Positions 9,789-17,880 of a stretch of 64,000 bases of DNA are shown in pieces. The translations under genes and the position numbers were made by a program. Source of the stretch: Pseudomonadota bacterium. Lineage in GTDB: Bacteria > Pseudomonadota > Alphaproteobacteria > RF32 > CAG-239. Within the stretch, counting starts at the first letter, position 1. Each line of letters opens with the position of its first letter. A model generated the notes under the pieces. That model searched no databases. It saw nothing but the letters and a program-made list of their open reading frames with translations, and was not told the origin of the DNA. The stretch is from assembly GCA_918234285.1 (NCBI GenBank), contig CAKJXZ020000030.1:59932-123931 (forward strand), written 5' to 3'.

Positions 9789-10137
9789 CTACCTCCGCGG
9801 GAAATATGCCGAGTTCCTGGCACGTTGCTATATGCGCCTGCACGGCTTTTCCGTTGTGGCAAAAAATTATGTATCGGGACGCGGCACCACCGCCGGCGAA
9901 ATAGATTTTATCGCCAAACGCGGCAAATTAATCGTTTTTGCCGAGGTCAAACAACGCTCAAGTTTAGACAATGCCGCCTATGCCATCAGTTCAAAACAGC
10001 AACAGCGCCTGATTCGCGGCGCCAAAAATTTTATCAAAAATCATCCGCAATACAACGGCTGCGATTTGCGATTCGATGCAATATTGGTGGCACTTCCGCT
10101 CTCGATTCGCCATATTGAAAATGCCTGGTGCGAATAA
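9781..10137 (+). CDS. yraN: YraN family nuclease-like protein
   Basis: GKYAE...GEIDFIA...FAEVK...RFD; ATG at 9781 overlaps the rsmI stop. Confidence 0.9.
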   Translation: MNNYLRGKYAEFLARCYMRLHGFSVVAKNYVSGRGTTAGEIDFIAKRGKLIVFAEVKQRSSLDNAAYAISSKQQQRLIRGAKNFIKNHPQYNGCDLRFDAILVALPLSIRHIENAWCE

Positions 10138-10225
10138 ATCGTTATAAAATGCATATTTTTACTTGCAATCCGTGCTCTGCCGTGGTATTCGTAAAAGTGT
10201 GGATTTATTTTTTGGGAGCAGAAAA

Positions 10226-10567
10226 ATGATTGAAATGCCGCAAAATCTGGTTGAAATGGCGCTCAAAACCATGGGCGACCGTTGGAAAGTTATGATTATA
10301 CAAGAACTGATGGACGGCACCAAACGCTTTGGCGAAATCAAAAAAGAGCTTGGCGATATTACGCAAAAGGTCCTTACTGCTAACCTGCGCGCGCTGGAAG
10401 AAAAGGGCATCCTGATTCGTACGGTGTACGCGCAAATTCCGCCAAAAGTCGAATATACGCTGACCAATCTGGGCTATAACTTGAAGCCGGTTCTCGATTC
10501 GATGCGTCAATGGGCGGAAGAATACTATAATCAAAACGTTAAAAACCTGATGCCTAATTTGGCTTAA
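10226..10567 (+). CDS. HxlR family winged-helix regulator
   Basis: GDRWKVMII...KRFGEI...ITQKVLT..LR.LE...PPKVEYTLT. Confidence 0.92.
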   Translation: MIEMPQNLVEMALKTMGDRWKVMIIQELMDGTKRFGEIKKELGDITQKVLTANLRALEEKGILIRTVYAQIPPKVEYTLTNLGYNLKPVLDSMRQWAEEYYNQNVKNLMPNLA

Positions 10568-10591
10568 AAAAATACAGAATTTAAAATAGCG

Positions 10592-10622
10592 AATCCCGCG
10601 CTTTGTTTAGAAGCGCGGGATT
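10592..10622. terminator. Hairpin between convergent genes
   Basis: aatcccgcgctt-tgtttag-aagcgcgggatt. Confidence 0.7.
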
Positions 10623-10664
10623 AACTTTGAACCCTCAGACACCGCTGTGTCCTCGGTACACTGA

Positions 10665-11210
10665 TTACAAATTCACACCCACAATCTTGTTCTCCTCATC
10701 AAGAATGATGATGGGAGCCGATGGAGACGGGCTCACGGGAACCTCGTTGGTCAGGGCCACCTCACGATCTACGGTGTGAGGTTTACGGATGATGCCCTTG
10801 GTCTCTCCGTCGACTATTGAATAGCCAACGTGCTGACCTGGCTGAACAGTACCCCAGTCCTGGTTGGACGAAGTATAATTCAACCCTGATGCCAATTTCA
10901 GTAGCCACTTGCCGTTGGCTGTAGGTTCAACAGAGAGCACCTCGCTAATCACATACTGGCACGCGGACTTGCGTGCAATAGTGATGGCTGCAGCTTTTTC
11001 ACCGGTATAGATTACCAGGAAGAAAGCTTGGGGCCGAGCGGAAATCGCCTGATAATCAAACTTGTTGACCTTCAGCTTCTGCGCACCGGCAGAAACTTCA
11101 AAATCCATTCCGTTCGGGAGAGCCTGTACACTTGTAATCTCATAGAATTTTTGAGCCGAAAGGCTCAAAGCGCACATAATGGCGCAAATAGAAAGCACGA
11201 TTCTCTTCAT
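10665..11210 (-). CDS. Hypothetical secreted protein
   Basis: Signal-peptide-like MKRIVLSICAIMCALSLSAQ; no family recognised. Confidence 0.65.
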   Translation of the reverse strand: MKRIVLSICAIMCALSLSAQKFYEITSVQALPNGMDFEVSAGAQKLKVNKFDYQAISARPQAFFLVIYTGEKAAAITIARKSACQYVISEVLSVEPTANGKWLLKLASGLNYTSSNQDWGTVQPGQHVGYSIVDGETKGIIRKPHTVDREVALTNEVPVSPSPSAPIIILDEENKIVGVNL

Positions 11211-11560
11211 ATCTATAACTTTTTTGCGTAACACTTAGCACTATTCCTTATCACACACCGCCACAACGCATCTTTCGACTTATATACCGAGCTACTACAC
11301 CTTTGGACATCTCGTCTTAGGCCGATCGGATACAATTCGTGATTACGTTATTTATGCATGCAACAGACTAATCTTGCCAGTATATTACTGAGTTCAACAA
11401 TATTTTCTTTGGAGAAAAAATTGTGGAGGTATGAAGAAATTCTGTTTTCTGCTGACAATAATTCCTATAATAACCTCCACAATGCATATTTTTGTAGAAG
11501 TATTGTAACACAAACTTTTGCGGTTTGCAATATCTTTTTTTGTCAACGATGAAAAAATAT

Positions 11561-13687
11561 TTAATAATCGTAACCCTTGCCGCCGCGCTTGCCAAACTTT
11601 TGTTTGCGACTGAATTTGCCCTTCGGCTTGTTGGCTTTCATTTCCTGATATTCTTCGTAGCTCATTTCCTCAGTTTTGCCGCGGGAATCCCTAAATTTGG
11701 ACTGTTCGCGGAATCTGATGACCGCGTTGGACATGGAACCGCCCTCGTCTTCAATCAGCTTCTCGGCTTTGGCAATCATTCTGTCGGTGGCAAAATCCTG
11801 CTCCAAGCGATTATTGCGCTTGGAAGATTGGACATTAATGACCGTAAATAAATGCTCTTTTTGCATCAGATTATGGTCGCACAAATCAAACACAAACAGA
11901 TTGTTACTGCCCGAACCGGCAATACACATGGCCTGTACACACAGCCATTCCTGCTGTTCAAACGAAATTCCTTTTTCTTTGCAAACACCGTTCGGCGTAA
12001 ATGCCAACACATCGGAGTTGAAGCACAGCATCGGCTTGCCTTTGTATTGATGCAAAACTTTCAAAGTCGCTGCCAACTGTTCCGGATCGCCGTGCACCGC
12101 CACGTTATATATCGGCATGGTGCCGTCGGCTATTTCTTTGTGGTTTTTGCAATTTTCAACGGTAATTTGATTGAATTCGCGCGTTTCCTGCAAAGTTGCG
12201 TGTCCGGTGCGCTGATATTTTTCATCTATACCGTCGCCGTTCATAACCACGGTCGAGCCCAAACTCTGCAATTTGGCAACAACGGCGCGGTGTTGCGGTC
12301 CGTTAATCGATTCAATCGGACGTTGCCGCAACAAAAACAGCGTTTTATCATCGGCCGTAAACAACGGGTGCCCGGTCATGCCCTTGCCCTTGACTTTGCC
12401 GTCCTTATCCGCCGTAACTTTATTTTGTTCGCTTATCATTACCAACGTCGACACGCGCCCGTCTTTATTTTCGGCAAAAGCGCCGCTGATAATCATATAG
12501 CGCTGCTCTCGCGGATATTTATGTAAATATTTTTCAATATCGGTATGTTCCAAATCGTGCGCATTATAGATAACCTTTTCCAAGTCCACCGTTTCGCCGG
12601 ACGGAAGCCGCATCAATTCGGTTACGGCATCGGCTTCTTTTTGCACGCTGGCAATCAGCAATTTTTCATTTGATATAACCTTACGGACTCTGGCATTACC
12701 CTCTGCTGCCTTACCGTCCTGCTGATTAAGAATTTCCTGTTTGATTTGTTCTACCTTGTCTTTAACCCATTTTTCTTTGTTGCGGGTAATCGCCAGTAAA
12801 TCTTTTACTGCCTGCCGCAATCCGCGACTGCCGATTAATACCGTACGACCGGTTTCGGCCGCGGCTTTTATATCAATGGCCAAATTCTGCACGCTGCGGG
12901 CAATTACCGGCGAAAAAATCTGCATATCGGCATATTTCTGCACTTCACGCAACGTATTTTCATACGACTTATTAAAGTCCGGAATTTCTCTTTCGCCCTT
13001 CTCGTCAAACATTTCCGTGGCCGAAGACGTCGAATCCTGCATAACCGCGTTGACGAACTTATCTTTCATAAATTCTTTGTGTTCGTCTTTATCGTATCCG
13101 GCACCGAACGGTACTTTATCCAAGTGATAATCACCGGAGAACATACCGCCGAGCAAATCTTTACCATCATAGGTCGTACTTACGTGAAAACCCAAAGGAG
13201 AAGCCGTCGAATGCGACATATTAAGCGGCGATACTTTCATATCGTCGCCGATTTTCACACTTTCACCCTGCCGAATAATCTCAATATGCGGGACATATTC
13301 CTCCGGCACGCTGTTATTCTTCATCTGCGTTTTGATGACATTGGCCGTATATTCACTGGTATAAATGGTCGGAAGCTTGAATTTTGCCGCCGCCAAAAAC
13401 GTCAGCGCGCCGATATGGTCTTCGTGGCAGTGAGTAATAAATACGGCATCAATTGGTTTTTCGGCCTGGCTGTACGGGTTTTCAAAATACGGGCGCATAT
13501 CCGGAATCGCCGAGTTATAACTTATCCAATCCGGCGGAAACATCGCGCCGTCATCAATCAAAATTCGCGCCGTCGGCTTATTCGGCTCGTTATGCTCAAT
13601 CAAAATCGCACTGGCTCCGATTCGATATTCGTTATTGCCGCCTAAAAATTGAACTTTCGTCCCGATATTTTGCTTTGCGCGCGCCAT
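11561..13687 (-). CDS. Divergent RNase J-like metallo-beta-lactamase/beta-CASP nuclease
   Basis: FLGG..IG, DDGAMFP, THCHEDHIGAL, SHS, SGDY, DST, TGHA, VHG motifs in RNase J order. Confidence 0.8.
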   Translation of the reverse strand: MARAKQNIGTKVQFLGGNNEYRIGASAILIEHNEPNKPTARILIDDGAMFPPDWISYNSAIPDMRPYFENPYSQAEKPIDAVFITHCHEDHIGALTFLAAAKFKLPTIYTSEYTANVIKTQMKNNSVPEEYVPHIEIIRQGESVKIGDDMKVSPLNMSHSTASPLGFHVSTTYDGKDLLGGMFSGDYHLDKVPFGAGYDKDEHKEFMKDKFVNAVMQDSTSSATEMFDEKGEREIPDFNKSYENTLREVQKYADMQIFSPVIARSVQNLAIDIKAAAETGRTVLIGSRGLRQAVKDLLAITRNKEKWVKDKVEQIKQEILNQQDGKAAEGNARVRKVISNEKLLIASVQKEADAVTELMRLPSGETVDLEKVIYNAHDLEHTDIEKYLHKYPREQRYMIISGAFAENKDGRVSTLVMISEQNKVTADKDGKVKGKGMTGHPLFTADDKTLFLLRQRPIESINGPQHRAVVAKLQSLGSTVVMNGDGIDEKYQRTGHATLQETREFNQITVENCKNHKEIADGTMPIYNVAVHGDPEQLAATLKVLHQYKGKPMLCFNSDVLAFTPNGVCKEKGISFEQQEWLCVQAMCIAGSGSNNLFVFDLCDHNLMQKEHLFTVINVQSSKRNNRLEQDFATDRMIAKAEKLIEDEGGSMSNAVIRFREQSKFRDSRGKTEEMSYEEYQEMKANKPKGKFSRKQKFGKRGGKGYDY

Positions 13688-13773
13688 ATTCTTTCTCCCG
13701 AATTGAAATTTGCTTTAATCATACACTATTTTTGACAAAAATCAATCATTTTTTAAGCGAATCACAACAAAAA

Positions 13774-13806
13774 AATACCGCCGAGGTTTTCAACCCCGAC
13801 GGTATT
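13774..13806 (-). terminator. Intrinsic terminator
   Basis: aataccgccgagg/ccccgacggtatt stem followed by a T-run on the minus strand. Confidence 0.6.
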
Positions 13807-13809
13807 CTT

Positions 13810-14493
13810 TTACTTTCCGGAAATCATTTGCAAACATTTTTCAAATGCCTCCGGCTTCGGCACCGCAAACTTATTATCGATTGCGCAGAAGCAATCATAT
13901 AACGAACTTGCATGCAACACCGGCCTTACTTTTCCAATCTTGTCCTTATACGGCGGCAGATAGCGCTTGCCATCAAACTTGGTAACCAGAGGAATTGGAA
14001 CATTCTTCTGATTAATCCAGTAACGGCTGCAACCGAAGTCCTTCACGTTGACGCCCTGATAAGTCAAGAGAGTAAAGGTATCTTCCACCGCTTCGTTATT
14101 GCGCTTGAACAGCGTAAAATTGTTGTAGGTCGGCAACTCCAATCGGCGTTTTTCGCTACCCGCTCTGCCAAACAGATACTCGGTCTGTTCTTGCAAATGA
14201 TCAGCGATATCTCTGTCGGTATAAACGCGCACTTCCTCATAAGAGAGGCTGAAGTATACGCCGCACACCTCGATACCCCATATTTTATCGGAATACTCCG
14301 GAATCAGAAAGGGCATCACCACCATCGAAACGGTGTTCTTGTGGCGATAAACCAGACGGCACGGCGGCTCAAGCGGAATCCAGCCCATCTTGCGACGTTC
14401 CAGATAAAACTTGTAACCTTCATTCAACATAGGCAGTTGCTCAACCTTGACTTGCATTCTCTGCAGGTCCTCATAGATTTTTAATATATCCAT
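13810..14493 (-). CDS. Hypothetical protein
   Basis: 227-aa ORF with its own terminator; no family recognised. Confidence 0.6.
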   Translation of the reverse strand: MDILKIYEDLQRMQVKVEQLPMLNEGYKFYLERRKMGWIPLEPPCRLVYRHKNTVSMVVMPFLIPEYSDKIWGIEVCGVYFSLSYEEVRVYTDRDIADHLQEQTEYLFGRAGSEKRRLELPTYNNFTLFKRNNEAVEDTFTLLTYQGVNVKDFGCSRYWINQKNVPIPLVTKFDGKRYLPPYKDKIGKVRPVLHASSLYDCFCAIDNKFAVPKPEAFEKCLQMISGK

Positions 14494-14594
14494 AAAAATT
14501 GCATTTAAAATTAATAATACAGGAAACAGCGCTCATTATAAAACGTTTTGCCGATTTGTCAACCCGCATATAAGAAAAACGGCGACGTGCCGGC

Positions 14595-14930
14595 TATGAC
14601 TGGGGATTTGCCGTCGTTTGCACCGGATATTAGCAGAGTCAGATTTTTTTATGTTTTTTTACCGCTTTTCCGTCTGCCTCAGCCTTCCGGTCGTCTTGCT
14701 TAAATTTACTTTTATTATTTTTTCGGCAGAAAATTTATGCTTCGGTCACTTGGTTGCGATTTGTTCGCTTCACGGCGTTTACACTTGCTTGCTCACAGGC
14801 AACCTGCGCCTGTCGTCAATAAACAACATTTTAAGGTTGTTTATTTTCCTCCAGCCTGTTCTCTAGGGTTCAAATCCCTTTCACCGCTTTTCAATAACAA
14901 AAAAGCGCCGCATGGGCGCTCTTTCGTTAT
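14595..14930 (-). repeat. tRNA-Ser-linked hairpin element (original 3' flank of the tRNA)
   Basis: 14863-14887 ctagggttcaaatccctttcaccgc is an inverted near-copy of the tRNA-Ser 3' end; nested hairpins. Confidence 0.7.
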
Positions 14931-14947
14931 TGGCGGTGAGATAGGGA
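14931..14947 (-). repeat. att site: displaced 3' end of tRNA-Ser
   Basis: tggcggtgagataggga is identical to 22555-22571. Confidence 0.92.
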
Positions 14948-15407
14948 AACACACTTCACAATGTTTAGAACATTTTGTTTTATCAAAACAATTTTTTTGA
15001 CATTTTTAAACCATTTACTCGCAATTTTTGCAGCGTATTGCAGCGAATGCCAAGGATTATTTTTAACTTTACCCGAACTTTTTTTTGTTAAAATGATTTT
15101 TGCGAGTCGTTTTGAATAAATATTTTTGTAATGAATATATTTTGAATTTAAAAAACTTTATGATTTGAAAACTCTATTATCCGAATCCCTACGATAAAAA
15201 CTTTATTATCCCGTATTATTATGTTTTGTGATTGGTGATAACAGAGAGATACTATCACCAATCGTATCTCTCAACAGCGCTGTTATGCTTATGATGTAGT
15301 TGCGGTGATTCCCCTACGGATTAAGCATTAAAGCAACAGACATAACTAAATAAGCAACACAAGCAGAAAACTCTGCTATTCTTAACTATTAACCAAAGGA
15401 TTTATAA

Positions 15408-15902
15408 ATGAAGATATTTTTAACATTTAACCCACATTTAGAAAACTATTCTAAAAGTAAGTTATTAGAAAACTTTAAGTATGCTTTACAAAAATATTAC
15501 AGAAAAGAATTAGGAAGAAGATATTACAAGCATATTGATAACCAGTATGATATAGCAATCTTTGAAGAAATTGGTAAGAAGTTTTTTGAAAAATTAGATT
15601 CAGCAACACATCTAATTCAATATATTGAGAAAGATGTTGAGTTTAAGAAAGAACCTCACTTACATATAATTGCTGATGTTCCAACACATACTGAAAAAGA
15701 TTTTTTCAATTCCTTGAAAGATACTATGGAAAGCATTTATCCATCATTATCATCAGATTTTCAGTTAATTGGTAATGAAGTAGATGAAAGAAACACTTGG
15801 AACTATTGTTCCAAAGAAAATGGAAACATCTTTACCAAGAAAGATTTATGCGAAAAAAGTGCTATCAACATTCCTGCTGATAGCACTTTTTCACCCAAAT
15901 AA
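15408..15902 (+). CDS. Small HUH-superfamily endonuclease (rolling-circle Rep-like)
   Basis: Motif I IFLTFN, motif II EPHLHII, motif III NYCSKE in Rep order; AAGGA RBS. Confidence 0.7.
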   Translation: MKIFLTFNPHLENYSKSKLLENFKYALQKYYRKELGRRYYKHIDNQYDIAIFEEIGKKFFEKLDSATHLIQYIEKDVEFKKEPHLHIIADVPTHTEKDFFNSLKDTMESIYPSLSSDFQLIGNEVDERNTWNYCSKENGNIFTKKDLCEKSAINIPADSTFSPK

Positions 15903-15904
15903 GT

Positions 15905-16127
15905 TGGACTACTTCTCATACTGATTCATAGTTTGTAGTTGTCATCTCAACGGGAGCATCATTATCCGCAATTGTCAATTATTTTTATTACAGCATCGGG
16001 ATAACAAAAGAAGTTCCACCAATTAACTGATGGAACTTCCTTGTCCTAATAAGATGGACTACCGCACTATTACCTTGGATAGTTGCTAACATCGTCACGG
16101 GAGCATCATTATCACCGATTGTCAATT
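15905..16127. repeat. Two diverged ~75-bp direct repeats
   Basis: tggactac...acgggagcatcattatc...attgtcaatt at 15905-15980 and 16055-16127. Confidence 0.85.
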
Positions 16128-16264
16128 CATTTATCCCGAACCTCTGGATAAAAAATGCTACCGATATTACTACCGATAGCATACGAGATTAAATTATTCG
16201 TATCATTATTTATCAACAAAACAAGATAAATACTTATGATACTAATTTTTATGGAGATTAAATT

Positions 16265-16693
16265 ATGATAAAGAAGAAAACTACTTCCAGAAACACACGC
16301 AAGATAGATGAATTAAACACAGCAATAGCAATTAACGATATAAACACTATTCACGAACTATTATCTAACAATGTTGATGTTAATGCGCCTGATTCACACG
16401 GAGTATTCCCTGTGATGTATGCCGTAGAATACGGCAATGCCAATGCTTTAATCAGTCTCATAAGGCACAATGCAATTGTTAATGTTATTTACAAGCAAAA
16501 CGGATACTCACTCTTGATGAAAGCGTTGTCCCCAAAGGTTATCCCGAATCGTTATTTAATAGTTGCGTTATTGTTGAAAAATGGTGCTGATGTAAATATT
16601 ATCAGTAATGATAGCAAAACAGCGTTATATATGGCGCGTAAGTATCATCCACGATACATCAACCTTTTAAAACGCTTTGGAGCAACATACTGA
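16265..16693 (+). CDS. Ankyrin repeat protein
   Basis: DVNAPDSHGVFPVMYAV, GYSLLMKAL, LLKNGADVN, KTALYMA. Confidence 0.88.
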   Translation: MIKKKTTSRNTRKIDELNTAIAINDINTIHELLSNNVDVNAPDSHGVFPVMYAVEYGNANALISLIRHNAIVNVIYKQNGYSLLMKALSPKVIPNRYLIVALLLKNGADVNIISNDSKTALYMARKYHPRYINLLKRFGATY

Positions 16694-16785
16694 AAGAATT
16701 GGAGCAATCAAGAGTTTCATTACACAACCCTTATTATTAATATTCCTGTTGATTGCTCCGAACCATTATAACAAAGGATTTAACA

Positions 16786-16971
16786 ATGAATAACAATGAC
16801 AACACTATTGAAGAACAATTACAAAAGATTGCAGAGACTATTTTACGATTACACGATAAATTAATGAGTATGCCTTATTCCTTTAAGGAAAACAAAGAGC
16901 AAGGCAAACGGATTCTTAATGCCGCAGGAAGATTATACGAGGCGTATGTTGCGTTAAAAGGGAAGAAGTGA
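16786..16971 (+). CDS. Small hypothetical protein (61 aa)
   Basis: AAGGA RBS before ATG at 16786; helical sequence. Confidence 0.6.
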   Translation: MNNNDNTIEEQLQKIAETILRLHDKLMSMPYSFKENKEQGKRILNAAGRLYEAYVALKGKK

Positions 16972-17107
16972 TAATCCTTTGCTACGTTACTTTATCCAAT
17001 ATTAAATTACTCTGAATTATTTTATGATTGATGGATAGATACTTGCATATTAATAACCAACATACTAAATAATAAAACGAAAACAAAAAAATGACGGACT
17101 TACTGAT

Positions 17108-17806
17108 ATGAGCGAAATTACTGAAAATCACACTATCACAAATGTTGGAAAAGGGATGGTAAAGGCAATTATGCAAAGCAATCCAATAACAAATTTTGTG
17201 CATACCATATATGACGAATATGCTTCTCGTCAATGGCAACAACGCCGCGAGAAATGGGAAGAAGTTTTTGAGGAAAAACTTAAAAATATAAAAGATGATA
17301 TTAACCTCAATAAAATTAACAAGATTGACAACTTTGCTCAAATTTTATCACAAGCAGTACAAGGAGCAATGTCTGATATAGATGAGAATAAAGTTGATTT
17401 ATACGCCAATACAGTCATCAATGCTATTAAATATGAGGACACAAACAATATAAAAAAACATATATTTCTAAATATGTTAAGAGATTTTTCTTTACTACAT
17501 ATAAAACTTCTGAAATGCTTTTCAAAGAGTCTAAATAGTGGGGATTTTAATGGCGGTTTTCAAACAAGAATTAGAGACAAATCACCAAACGTAATGGATA
17601 TTATACTTGAACAAAATCCAGATATAAAGGAACATAAAGAGTTGCTGCATATTATTACGCACGACCTATATAATAGGCGTTTATTAGAAAATGAATATCC
17701 ATTACAAATGTTATTATCATTTGGAGAGATTGATAAGCAAACAACAGCATTAGGTGATGAATTTCTTGCTTTTATATTAGAGCATGAGAAAAATAAAATT
17801 AAGTGA
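17108..17806 (+). CDS. Hypothetical protein resembling DUF4393-like accessory proteins
   Basis: ENKVDLYAN..INA...FLNML...TALGDEFLAFI pattern; family call tentative. Confidence 0.5.
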   Translation: MSEITENHTITNVGKGMVKAIMQSNPITNFVHTIYDEYASRQWQQRREKWEEVFEEKLKNIKDDINLNKINKIDNFAQILSQAVQGAMSDIDENKVDLYANTVINAIKYEDTNNIKKHIFLNMLRDFSLLHIKLLKCFSKSLNSGDFNGGFQTRIRDKSPNVMDIILEQNPDIKEHKELLHIITHDLYNRRLLENEYPLQMLLSFGEIDKQTTALGDEFLAFILEHEKNKIK

Positions 17807-17880
17807 GAAAAAACGCCTAACAATTGACATCTAAACATTATGGTTATATCGTATTACCTGTATTCAATGATAGAAGGAGT

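Noticed and set aside
14863-14887. Second tRNA gene on the + strand
   Set aside because: Only a T-arm/acceptor fragment; no D or anticodon arm.
15905-16127. Known ribozyme or riboswitch
   Set aside because: Could not match hammerhead, twister or fluoride consensus by eye; kept only as an unknown structured repeat.
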